A stretch of 64,000 nt of DNA from Alphaproteobacteria bacterium (GTDB lineage: Bacteria > Pseudomonadota > Alphaproteobacteria > Micavibrionales > Micavibrionaceae), in contig JAGRIJ010000018.1 in the NCBI GenBank assembly GCA_020443295.1, forward strand, positions 1,249 to 65,248, read 5' to 3'. The notes beneath the pieces are model-generated. The model did not search any database and was not told the DNA's origin. It saw only the letters and a program-made list of their open reading frames with translations. Shown here one piece after another: positions 35,759-45,500 of the stretch. Made by a program: the position numbers and the translations under genes. The first letter of the stretch is position 1; the number at the start of each line of letters is the position of its first letter.

Positions 35759-36037
35759 ACGAAAAAAGCGCTTGCCTCGCATCGTTAAACCGTGCTTTTG
35801 TGGGTGCTATGAATATTTGCGCTGCACACAGACTTGAATTAGGACGCGAGGCCGCAACGGCATTCGCAGCAGTAGCGTACGCAGCGGCAGCAGCGGCGGC
35901 CTAGCCGCAGATATTCCGCACATAGCGCAAGAGCGCGTTTGAAAAATCCTCCGAATAGCCGAAATTGTTATTAACCAAAGGGTCTTTGTGTCTTTTTATG
36001 AGTCCGGGCCCAAAAAAGAATTTTTTAGGGTACTGAA

Positions 36038-37246
36038 ATGCAACAGACCAATGTAAAAGACATCGTGAAACTGCCCCTGAGCGCGCGAATGACACCGTAT
36101 TGTACAACTATTGAAAACCTTACGTCCAATCCGGGTACGGATCTTCTGCGCTATGCGCGGACGAAGGACGGGGTTTTGTCCCTTGCCCAAGGGGAGGGAA
36201 GCCTGCCGACGCCTGATTTCATCTGCGATGCCGCGATGAAGGCGCTCAAGGAAGAAGGCAAGACGTTTTATGCCCCGATCCTCGGTCATCCGGAGCTCCG
36301 GCAGGAGCTTTCGACCTATTACCGGAATATTTACGGTCTGGATATTCCCGCCAGCCGTTTTTTTGTTACCAGTTCCGGAACGACGGCGGTTCATCTTTCG
36401 CTGGCTGCGATTATTAATAAAGGCGATGAGGTGATCGCCCTGACCCCTATCTGGAAGAATTTGCTGAGCGCTGTCGAGATTGCTGATGCGCGGATCAAGC
36501 AGGTCGGCATGGCGTATATCGAGGGCAAGGGTTGGACGCTGGATCTGAACCGTCTGTTCGATGCGTGTACGCCTGCGACCAAGGCGATTATGATCGTCAC
36601 CCCTTCCAACCCGACCGGGTGGACGATGTCCACCAGCGAGATGCGCGCCGTTATGGATTTTGCCCGCGAGCGCGGGATCTGGGTGCTGGCTGACGAGGTT
36701 TATACGCGTACGGTTTACGGACAGGTGAGGGCGCCGAGTTTCCTTGATGTTTCCGAGCCGGACGATCTTTTGCTGGTCATCAACAGCTTTTCCAAAACTT
36801 GGGCGATGACGGGCTGGCGTCTGGGCTGGATCGTCGGTCCGCCCTCGGCGGAGATGAAAATCTGCGATCTGGCGGTCTATAATAATATGGGTCCGCCGAG
36901 CTTTACGCAGTATGGAGCGATTGCCGCTTTAAAGAACGGCGAAGGATTTATCTCGGAGCAGATGACGTTGTGGAAGTCCAACCGCGATCTTCTGGCCGAC
37001 CGTTTTGCACCGTTGCCCCGGATTTCGATGGTTCCCCCGGATGCGAGTTTCTATGCGTTCTTTAAGGTGGAGGGCGTTTCGGACTGTATCGCGTTTTGCC
37101 TTACTCTTATCGACGAGGTCGGGTTATCGCTGGCGCCGGGTTGCGCGTTCGGGGATTGCGGGCGCGGGTTTATCCGTCTGGCTTTTGCCTGTTCGGAAAC
37201 CAAGTTGCTGGACGCGCTGGACCGTCTTGAGCGCGGTGTGTCTTAA
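36038..37246 (+). CDS. PLP-dependent aminotransferase, class I (aspartate/aromatic-like)
   Basis: PLP-lysine region INSFSKTWAMTGWRLGW, with PSNPTGW and ADEVY. Confidence 0.88.
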   Translation: MQQTNVKDIVKLPLSARMTPYCTTIENLTSNPGTDLLRYARTKDGVLSLAQGEGSLPTPDFICDAAMKALKEEGKTFYAPILGHPELRQELSTYYRNIYGLDIPASRFFVTSSGTTAVHLSLAAIINKGDEVIALTPIWKNLLSAVEIADARIKQVGMAYIEGKGWTLDLNRLFDACTPATKAIMIVTPSNPTGWTMSTSEMRAVMDFARERGIWVLADEVYTRTVYGQVRAPSFLDVSEPDDLLLVINSFSKTWAMTGWRLGWIVGPPSAEMKICDLAVYNNMGPPSFTQYGAIAALKNGEGFISEQMTLWKSNRDLLADRFAPLPRISMVPPDASFYAFFKVEGVSDCIAFCLTLIDEVGLSLAPGCAFGDCGRGFIRLAFACSETKLLDALDRLERGVS

Positions 37247-37309
37247 GCCTTTCATCTCCAGCCGTTCACGGTTACACTTCTTCGGCAAAACCGTCAGAAG
37301 GAGAAGTGT

Positions 37310-38014
37310 GTGAGAACGATTGGGATCGTCGGGGGGCTCAGCCCGGAATCAACGATTATCTATTACAAAGGTCTGAACGAGGCCGTGCAGGCGCGGCTCG
37401 GCGGGCATCATAATGCACGGATCCTTCTCAATTCCCTTGATTTCGGAGAGTTTGTCGAACTCAAGGAGCTTGGCGACTGGGATACGCAGGGCAAGATGAT
37501 TGTCGCGGCGGCGCGTTCTCTGGAAAAAGCCGGCGCAGATTTTGTGTTGCTGGCCACCAACACCATGCACCGTTTTGCCGAGCAGGTTGAAGCGGCCCTG
37601 AAGGTTCCGTTTCTTCATCTGGCCGATACGACTGCAGAACAAATCCGGCAGAGCGGGCTTAAAAAAATTGCTTTGCTGGGGACCGCTTATACGATGGAGC
37701 AGGATTTCTATAAAAAGAGACTGCTTTCAAAAGGTATTGAGCCGATCATCCCCGATGCCGAGGACCGCACGGAAATTCACCATATCATCTATGAAGAGTT
37801 GTGCCGCGGAATTGTCCGCGATGAATCGCGCACGATTTACAAGGAAATTATCTCCGGACTTCTCGATGAGGGCGCGGAAGGGGTTATTCTGGGGTGTACC
37901 GAGATCACCATGCTGATCAGGCCTCAGGACGTTTCCTGCCCGGTGTTCGATACCACGCAGATCCACATCGAGGCTGCCGCCCATTTCATCTTTGATGAGA
38001 GAGTGGCCGCATGA
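37310..38014 (+). CDS. Aspartate/glutamate racemase family protein
   Basis: The GTG start lies after GAAGGAG. TIGIVGGLSPESTIIYY, LATNTMH and ILGCTEI carry the two catalytic Thr/Cys motifs. Confidence 0.88.
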   Translation: MRTIGIVGGLSPESTIIYYKGLNEAVQARLGGHHNARILLNSLDFGEFVELKELGDWDTQGKMIVAAARSLEKAGADFVLLATNTMHRFAEQVEAALKVPFLHLADTTAEQIRQSGLKKIALLGTAYTMEQDFYKKRLLSKGIEPIIPDAEDRTEIHHIIYEELCRGIVRDESRTIYKEIISGLLDEGAEGVILGCTEITMLIRPQDVSCPVFDTTQIHIEAAAHFIFDERVAA

Positions 38015-38562
38015 GCAGTATGCGCGGGTATTTCGGTGTCGGCGTAGAAGGAATCAGCAAGGAGCAGAATGTGGGGACTATCGTTCGGACGACCCATGCG
38101 TTCGGGGGCAGTTTCTTTTTTACCATCAGGCCTTCGCTGGATATGCAGGAACTGAAAGTTTCCGATACGTCGGGGGCGTTCGATCATCTGCCGTATTACC
38201 AGTATAAAAAGCCCGAGGAACTGGATTTGCCCAAGGGCTGCGTTCTCGTTGGAGTGGAGCTGACAGACGATTGCGTCGATTTGCCGAGTTTCCGGCATCC
38301 TTTGCGAGCCGCTTATGTGTTCGGGCCGGAGATGGGCAGCCTTTCGCCCAAGCTTACGCAGTATTGCGAGCACGTTGTGAAAATTCCCATGAAATTTTGC
38401 GTGAATGTCGGCGTAGCGGCGGCGATCGTTATTTACGACCGGATGGTTTGTCTCGGAAAATTTGCCGAGCGGCCTGTGCGGCCCGGCGGTCCCATGATTG
38501 ATGCTTCAAAGAGCTTGCCCAAGGTACATAGAAGGCGCGTTCGATCCAAAATTCCAGAGTAG
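38011..38562 (+). CDS. SpoU/TrmH-family RNA 2'-O-methyltransferase
   Basis: ATGA overlap with the racemase stop. NVGTIVRTTHAFG, YVFGPEMGSLS and IPMKFCVNVGVAAAIVIYD are SPOUT motifs. Confidence 0.8.
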   Translation: MSSMRGYFGVGVEGISKEQNVGTIVRTTHAFGGSFFFTIRPSLDMQELKVSDTSGAFDHLPYYQYKKPEELDLPKGCVLVGVELTDDCVDLPSFRHPLRAAYVFGPEMGSLSPKLTQYCEHVVKIPMKFCVNVGVAAAIVIYDRMVCLGKFAERPVRPGGPMIDASKSLPKVHRRRVRSKIPE

Positions 38563-38567
38563 TTTTG

Positions 38568-40478
38568 TCAGGGCTTTTTCCTTACCCAGAACTGATACAT
38601 CCGTTTGAAAGTGTCGGGGTTATCCATTTCATAACGATGCCAGTTCTCAAGGTTGACGCCCCTGGGATCCTGCGGGAACCGTTTCAAGTACCCGGAGAGA
38701 GTTTCCAGCGTTGTGAAATCTTTAAAGCCCATAAACTCCAGATTGTTTTTTTCTAATAATTCTTTCAGTTGCACAGTCGTGAAACGGTGTTCCATAACAT
38801 GGAATAAGTAATCCTTGATCTGCGAAAGGAAGTAATAGTCACGGCTTGTCTGAAGATTCTCGATATCAGGTTTGGGCAGGAGGGAGTTTATATTTTTGCG
38901 GAAGTTTTTAACGCTTTCATTGTCGTTGCCGATTGATTTCTCGGCGATTGCTTTACGTGCTTTTACAACACTTCTGCGACCAATTTCGCTGTAAAGAGCA
39001 AGGTTCATGATTCCTCCGGGTTTCAGCAGGCTGACAAGCACTGCTAAGCCGTTCTCAGGATTTTTTAAATGGTGGAGTACGCCAGAGCTTCCGATGATAT
39101 CAAAGCTGCTGGGCTCAAAGACCTTATCCAGAGCCAGAATATCCGCTTGACGGTAAATAATATGCGGGATGTGATTTTCGGTCGTTTTGCGGATGGCGTA
39201 AGCCAGGCTGGTGCGGCTCAGGTCTACCGCTGTAATTTCGGCTTCGGGAAAGGTCCGGGCAAAATAGATGGTTTCATTACCCGTTCCGCACCCTGCGTTC
39301 AGAATTTTTATTTTTCCTTTCGGGACAATGTCACGGACCGGCGCGAGATCAACCGTATCTTTTACATCCGGCACATAACGTAAACGCGGATAAGGCAATT
39401 CTTCATACATTTCCTGAACTTTGGCGGAGGTCTCTGTCTGCAGTTCCGTTAGCGATACTATCGATTTGCTGATTTGCATTTCCTCCAAAGGATCGCACAA
39501 ATGATATTTGAGAAATTTTTTCAGTTCCGGGTTGTTTGCGAGCTGGTCGGCTATGTTTTTTGCCTGAGGGAGCTTGTATATATTTTCATAGCATGCGAGC
39601 AAGCACAGCGGTTTGGGGTCTTTATAGAAGTCCTGCTGCGCTTTGACTTTTTCGCGAAGGATTTCCAGCCATTTTTTTTCTTCTTCGGAGACGTCAAAAA
39701 TATATTCAGTGTAAAAACAATAAATCGCGAGACTTGCAATCATCGTCAGGAAATTTTTATCGAAGATGACGCTTTTGCCTTCCACATGATCTTTCAGTAT
39801 CAGGTGGCGGAGATGCGTCAAAAAAAGTTCAAAACCCAAGTCACATACTGTGATGCGTTCCAACCCGAGCGTCAAATAACGTGACTGTAAAGTGTTGTAG
39901 TCGCCGAGATTATCAAATTTTTTTTCGAAGGTATTAAAATCCTTACAGTGACGAAGGTTGTATATCGGGGCGAGTTCAGGATCGCTAATCATCAGGCTCA
40001 TCCATGCGATGCCGATATAATCCAGATCCAGCGTTTCATCTTCGAGGCAAAAACCGATAAGGCGTTTAATTTCAGGATGGAAAAAATCAAACCTGATTTT
40101 TTTCAGCATAATCGTGAATTCCAGTTTATGGCCACGTTTATGAGGTGCAGCGGTGATAGCCATAGCGCTATATTCCATGGCTTTTTCTATATCTCCGCGT
40201 TCATAAAAAATTCTCATAAGATTTGCATACGCAGCATCGTATTGCGGGTCGAGAATTGTGGCTTGCTGAAACAGATTGACCGCTGTGTCGATATTTCCCT
40301 GCATATAGCGAAGGGTGCCAAGGTTGTGGGCAGCATCGGCGGTAGGAAAAATGTCCATGGATTCTTTCAGGTATTTCTCCGCTCCGGCAAAATCCTGTTT
40401 TTTGATACATTCCACCGCCTGAGCGTAGATTGACTTTGCTTTTTCCTCGTTTGACTGGGTGGGCGCCGATTGTGTCAT
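38568..40478 (-). CDS. TPR-repeat protein fused to a class I SAM-dependent methyltransferase
   Basis: N-terminal TPRs (AHNLGTLRYMQGNIDTAVNLFQQATILDPQYDAAYANL). C-terminal motif I ILNAGCGTGNETIYFA. Local GC is clearly below the flanks by hand count on a few lines. Confidence 0.8.
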   Translation of the reverse strand: MTQSAPTQSNEEKAKSIYAQAVECIKKQDFAGAEKYLKESMDIFPTADAAHNLGTLRYMQGNIDTAVNLFQQATILDPQYDAAYANLMRIFYERGDIEKAMEYSAMAITAAPHKRGHKLEFTIMLKKIRFDFFHPEIKRLIGFCLEDETLDLDYIGIAWMSLMISDPELAPIYNLRHCKDFNTFEKKFDNLGDYNTLQSRYLTLGLERITVCDLGFELFLTHLRHLILKDHVEGKSVIFDKNFLTMIASLAIYCFYTEYIFDVSEEEKKWLEILREKVKAQQDFYKDPKPLCLLACYENIYKLPQAKNIADQLANNPELKKFLKYHLCDPLEEMQISKSIVSLTELQTETSAKVQEMYEELPYPRLRYVPDVKDTVDLAPVRDIVPKGKIKILNAGCGTGNETIYFARTFPEAEITAVDLSRTSLAYAIRKTTENHIPHIIYRQADILALDKVFEPSSFDIIGSSGVLHHLKNPENGLAVLVSLLKPGGIMNLALYSEIGRRSVVKARKAIAEKSIGNDNESVKNFRKNINSLLPKPDIENLQTSRDYYFLSQIKDYLFHVMEHRFTTVQLKELLEKNNLEFMGFKDFTTLETLSGYLKRFPQDPRGVNLENWHRYEMDNPDTFKRMYQFWVRKKP

Positions 40479-40559
40479 GGTCCGGAAACTCCTGAAAATC
40501 CCTATTTTCCAACACTTAAAAGAAAAACGCTTGGAAGATCAAATGTTTTCCGGTTTTGC

Positions 40560-41921
40560 TTATCTCATTTTCTTTTTGAGAAGTACCACTTCCTCCGCCG
40601 CGGTGGGGTGGATGGCGATGGTGGAATCAAAGTGTTTTTTGGTCGCGCCCGCGATCATGGCGACGGCGAAGCCCTGCGTGATCTCGGGGGCGTCCTGCCC
40701 GACCATGTGAAAGCCCAGCACCCTGTCGGTTTCACGGTGGACAACCAGCTTGACCAGCGTGCGCTCGTCGCGCCCGGAAACTGCGTTTTTCATGCCCAGA
40801 AAATCGTCTCGGTAGATGTCGATCGCGCCGGGGTATTGTTCGAGGGCCTGTTCCTCCGTCAAACCGACCTGCCCGACGGGCGGGTTGGAGAAGATGGCGT
40901 GCGGGACGTTCTCGTAGGAAACATAGCGCTGTTTTCCCCCGTAGAGGCGGTCGGCGAGGGCGTGGCCCTCCGCGATGGCGACGGGGGTGAGGGCGATGCG
41001 GTCGGTTACGTCGCCGATGGCGTAGATGGAGGGGATGGAGGTCCGGGCGTCTTCGTTCACGAGCACGGCGTTTGCGGCACTGACCTTGACGCCGATTTCG
41101 GCCAAGCCCAGCGGCTCGATATTCGGGATGCGGCCGGTGGCGAAGAGGATGGCGTCGGCCCCGATGGTTTTACCCTCGCGCAGGGTCACGGTCACGCCTT
41201 GCCCGTTTTTCTCCACCTTTTTGATGGTTTCCTTGGGGTGGAGGTTTATGCCCTTTTTGCCCATTTCGTCTTGCAGGAAGGTGCGGACTTCGTGATCGAA
41301 ACCGGGTTTGAGGATATGTTCTCGGCGGAAGACGAGATGGACCTCGCTGCCGAGCTGGTTGAAAATTCCGGCGAATTCCAGCGCGATATAGCCCGCGCCG
41401 TAAATCACGATTTTTTGCGGGCGTTCGGGCAGGGAGAAAACATCATCGGAGGTGATGCCGAATTCCCGCGCGCCCGGCGTGTCGGGGATAAAGGGTTTTG
41501 CGCCCGTTGCGATCAGGATGTGCTCGGCGGTTATGGTTTTTCCTTCGACCTCCACGCTGTGCGGGCCGGTGATTTTCGCGGTGGCGTTAAAGACGGGCTG
41601 GCCGTCGCTTTCGATGCCTTTGCTGATCATGCCGTTGAGGAATTCGACTTCGCCCTGTTGTGCTGTGATGTATTTTTGCCAGTCGTGGGCGGAGGGACCG
41701 ACAGTCCAGCCGAATCCGCCGGCGTCTTTCATGTGCGTGGCGTAGGATGCGGCATAGGTCATCAGCTTCTTGGGCACGCAGCCGAGATTAACGCAGGTGC
41801 CGCCGATATGGCGGTTTTCGGCGTAGGCGATCTTTTTGCCGTATTCGCCCGCGACGCGCCCGGCGCGGCCCCCGCCTGAGCCGCTGCCGATGATGAAGAG
41901 GTCGAAGTCGTACGCGGTCAT
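40560..41921 (-). CDS. gor: Glutathione-disulfide reductase
   Basis: FDLFIIGSGSGGGRA, redox-active GGTCVNLGCVPKK, and C-terminal IAIHPTAAEE. Confidence 0.92.
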   Translation of the reverse strand: MTAYDFDLFIIGSGSGGGRAGRVAGEYGKKIAYAENRHIGGTCVNLGCVPKKLMTYAASYATHMKDAGGFGWTVGPSAHDWQKYITAQQGEVEFLNGMISKGIESDGQPVFNATAKITGPHSVEVEGKTITAEHILIATGAKPFIPDTPGAREFGITSDDVFSLPERPQKIVIYGAGYIALEFAGIFNQLGSEVHLVFRREHILKPGFDHEVRTFLQDEMGKKGINLHPKETIKKVEKNGQGVTVTLREGKTIGADAILFATGRIPNIEPLGLAEIGVKVSAANAVLVNEDARTSIPSIYAIGDVTDRIALTPVAIAEGHALADRLYGGKQRYVSYENVPHAIFSNPPVGQVGLTEEQALEQYPGAIDIYRDDFLGMKNAVSGRDERTLVKLVVHRETDRVLGFHMVGQDAPEITQGFAVAMIAGATKKHFDSTIAIHPTAAEEVVLLKKKMR

Positions 41922-41945
41922 TTTATTTTCCTGTATTTACGTTTT

Positions 41946-42371
41946 GTGGCAAGCTTGCGGGGCATGATAGCCGGGGTGCGCGGGTTTGTGTATGGTTTTG
42001 TGGAAAGTTTAGGTATGGGTAGAAGTTTTTATTTTGAAGGACGAGCATTAAAGGACAGCGCTGAGCCTGTTTCTAGGGCTGAGCTGGAAATTGGGGAAGT
42101 TTATTACAGAGTTAGCTTTTTTGATCGAGATATGACTACTCCAGAGATTTCAACTCTGGTCTTTATCGGATTCGATTTGAAGAAGGAAGGTGAGGGCAAA
42201 ATCTATTTTCAAGATTCTATGTCCTATATTTCAGGTTTTAGATATGGGGATACAGACAAAGATAATCCAGCTATTATTTTTGCTCGGACGGAAAACCAAT
42301 TAAATGGATTATATAATTTTACTACAGCGTTAGAAATCTTGATGTGCTGCTCTCTACGAAAGAAAAATTAG
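41946..42371 (+). CDS. Low-GC orphan hypothetical protein
   Basis: The 141-aa ORF has a GTG at 41946. Other possible starts are ATG 41964 and ATG 42015. From about 42010 the DNA is markedly AT-rich. No family recognised. Confidence 0.45.
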   Translation: MASLRGMIAGVRGFVYGFVESLGMGRSFYFEGRALKDSAEPVSRAELEIGEVYYRVSFFDRDMTTPEISTLVFIGFDLKKEGEGKIYFQDSMSYISGFRYGDTDKDNPAIIFARTENQLNGLYNFTTALEILMCCSLRKKN

Positions 42372-42597
42372 AGTCCTGACCTAAGTCTTGAGTGGATGAG
42401 CGGGCCGGAATTGGCCGGAGGTCCGGCTTCTGGTCCGAGAATGTCTAGCCCATAGACCTTGACTTCTGACGTTTTTTTACCCGCTTCTTAATCATTGCCC
42501 ATGCTGCAGCGCAGGGGAAAAAACCCTGAAACAGTCTGGACCTAGCTAGTGTTTGACACTATGATGCGGCCAGAAAAATAGTTAACGGGTGCCCGGA

Positions 42598-45500
42598 ATG
42601 ACTCAGTCCAAGAAAGCCACTGCGAAATCCTCCAAGAGCGAAACCAAGACCAAGACTACGGAACAAGAGAATTTGCTGAAGGAGGCCACCAAGCTCCTTC
42701 CCTCGTCCGCCTCGTCCGGCCTCAAGCAACTGCTTGAGGTTTTATTTCATCATATCGATGCGGAAGACCGCGCGTTCTTCGAGCCGCAAATTCTGGCCGA
42801 GATGGCCGAGAGCCATTGGGCGATGGCACGCGAGCGCAGGCCGGGACAGACGAAGATCCGAGTTTATTGCCCGGAACTGCCGGGGCTTGAACAACGCCGG
42901 ACCGTCGTTGATATCGTGTGTGACGACCTTGCTTTTCTGGTCGATTCCGTTGCGTCGGAAATCAACCGCTATGAATACCTAATCAACATCCTGATTCATC
43001 CCAGCGCCGTGCCGCTTTTTGATACGAAAAAGGGCTTTATGGGCCTGAAGCAAGACGGCAAGAAGGGCGAAGCGCGGCAGTCGCACGTTCACGTCCAGAT
43101 CAACAAGGTGCTTACCAAGGAGGAGTCCAAAGAACTTGAGGAGGGGTTGCACCGCGTTCTGATCGATGTGACGGCGGCAAACAAGCAGTGGCTGCACATG
43201 CTGCAGAAGATGAGAGAGACATCAACGGCTCTGTCGGTTTCGACCACGCCGCATTCGGCCAGCGAGATCCAGAAGTGCTGTGCGTTTCTTGATTATCTGG
43301 CGGATAATAACTTCACCTTTCTGGGTTACCGCGAATATGTGTTCGTGGAGGGCAAGGACGGGCTGAAGAGCAAGACCGTGAAGGATTCGAGCTTCGGTCT
43401 TCTGCATGATGATGTCGAGCCGGCCTATGTCAGCGAGACGCATGAAGGCCTGCCGCGCAATCTTCAGGAACTCCGGCGCAGCCTTCCGCCCGTTTCCATT
43501 TCCAAGACCAACCGGGTGTCCACGGTTCACCGCCGCGTGCCGATGGACGCGATTGCGGTCAAAACCTATGACGAGAAAGGGAATGTGAAGGGCGAGCGGT
43601 TGTTTCTTGGCCTGTTCACGTCCGTGACCTATTCCCGAAGCGTTCGCGATGTGCCCTATTTGCGCGAGAAGGTTGAGGAAGTCGTGCAGCTTTCCATGCT
43701 GATGGAAGGCAGCCACGACCGCAGAGCCTTACGGCATGTTCTTGAGAAGTATCCGCGCGACGAGCTTTTCCAGATCGATAATGACGAGCTTCTCAAAATC
43801 TGTATGAACATCATCCGTCTGCAGGAGCGGCAGAGGATTTCTCTCTTCCTGCGCCGCGATCCGTTCGGGCGTTATATTTCCTGTCTTGTCTATGTTCCGC
43901 GGGACCGTTTCGGGACCAAGCTCCGGCTCGATATGCGGCAGATTCTTGAAGAGCAGATGAACGGCATCTGCGCGAATTTTTACACGACGCTGGACGATTC
44001 CGTTTTTGCGCGTGTGATGTATATCATCAATATCAGCCAGAAATCGCCGCCGAAATTCAATCCCAAGCAACTGGAAAAACTGTTGCGCGAATGTGGGGAA
44101 ACCTGGCAGGAAAAGCTTTCTTACGCGATCGCCGAGGAATATCAGGATAATTCCAAGGTTACGGCCCTGACCTTGAAATACCGCGATGCGTTTCCGGTTT
44201 CCTACACCGAGAAGCATCGTGCGCGGCAGGCGGTTTTCGATATCGAAAAGGTCGAAGAAGCCCTGCAGCTCGACCGGATTATTCTGGATCTCTATCGCCC
44301 GAATGAAATGAACAAAGGCAATCTGCGCCTTAAGGTCTATCATCCGGGTTCGCCGATCACGCTCTCTGATGTTCTGCCGATCCTTGAGAATATGGGACTG
44401 CGAGCGATTGCGGAACTGCCGTTCGAGATTTCTCCTGCCGGCAGCGAGCAATCTTTGTGGATCCACGATTTTCTTCTGGAGACGCCCGAGTTCAAGGACA
44501 AGATCGTCGTCAAGGATGTGAAGGAGCAGTTTGAAAAGGCCTTTACGAAAATCTGGTACAATGAAATGGAGAGCGACGGGCTGAACCGTCTGGTTCTGCG
44601 CGTCGGCGCGAACTGGCGCGAGATTACGATCCTGCGTTCTTACATTCATTACATGCAGCAGATCCGTTCGCCTTACAGCCGAAACTATATTCAGAAGGCT
44701 TTAACGGATAATGCGGCCATCAGCCGCGTGCTGATTGATCTGTTCAAGGCATACCATGATCCGTCGAACGGGTCGAAATCGAAAGCGCTGGCGGAAGGGT
44801 GCGCCGCCAAGATCGAAGCCGAGCTGGAGGCGGTTACCTCCAGCGATCAGGACCGGATTTTACGGCAGGTTACTGCGCTGATTGAGGCGACTATGCGGAC
44901 GAATTATTATCAGCGCGGCCCGGAAGAAGGCCGCAAGCCATATCTTTCCATGAAACTCAAAAGCTCCATGGTTCCCGATCTTCCCGATCCCAAGCCGTTC
45001 ATGGAGATTTTCGTTTATTCTCCGCGGGTCGAGGCGATCCATTTGCGCGGGGACAAGATTGCGCGCGGAGGGTTGCGATGGTCCGACCGTCACGAGGATT
45101 TCCGCACCGAGGTGCTGGGGTTGATGAAAGCGCAGATGGTCAAGAACGCGGTCATCGTTCCAGTGGGCGCCAAGGGCGGTTTTGTGGTCAAGACGCCGAC
45201 AAGCAGCCGCGAAGAGTTTATGAAGGAAGGTATTGAGTGTTATAAAACCTTCATCCGGGGCTTACTGGACATCACCGATAATCTTTCCGGCGCGAAAATT
45301 ATTCCCCCGAAAGACGTTGTGCGCCGGGACGGGGATGATCCTTATCTCGTTGTTGCGGCGGATAAAGGAACGGCGACGTTTTCCGATACGGCCAACGGCA
45401 TTTCCCAGGAATACGGGTTCTGGATGGGTGATGCGTTTGCTTCCGGCGGTTCGGCCGGGTACGACCATAAGAAAATGGGAATTACCGCGCGCGGCGGATG

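Noticed and set aside
35809-35904. tmRNA (ssrA) tag-like reading frame ending in poly-Ala
   Set aside because: The Ala-rich C-terminus resembles a degradation tag. However, I find no tRNA-like T-arm (GGTTCGA-type), no acceptor/CCA end and no ANDN-type tag start nearby. The flanking space is too short for a one- or two-piece tmRNA.
40470-41879. 469-aa plus-strand ORF covering gor
   Set aside because: The minus-strand frame has the full glutathione reductase signature (GGTCVNLGCVPKK, HPTAAEE). The plus-strand product is Gly/Asp/Val/Ala-rich shadow sequence.
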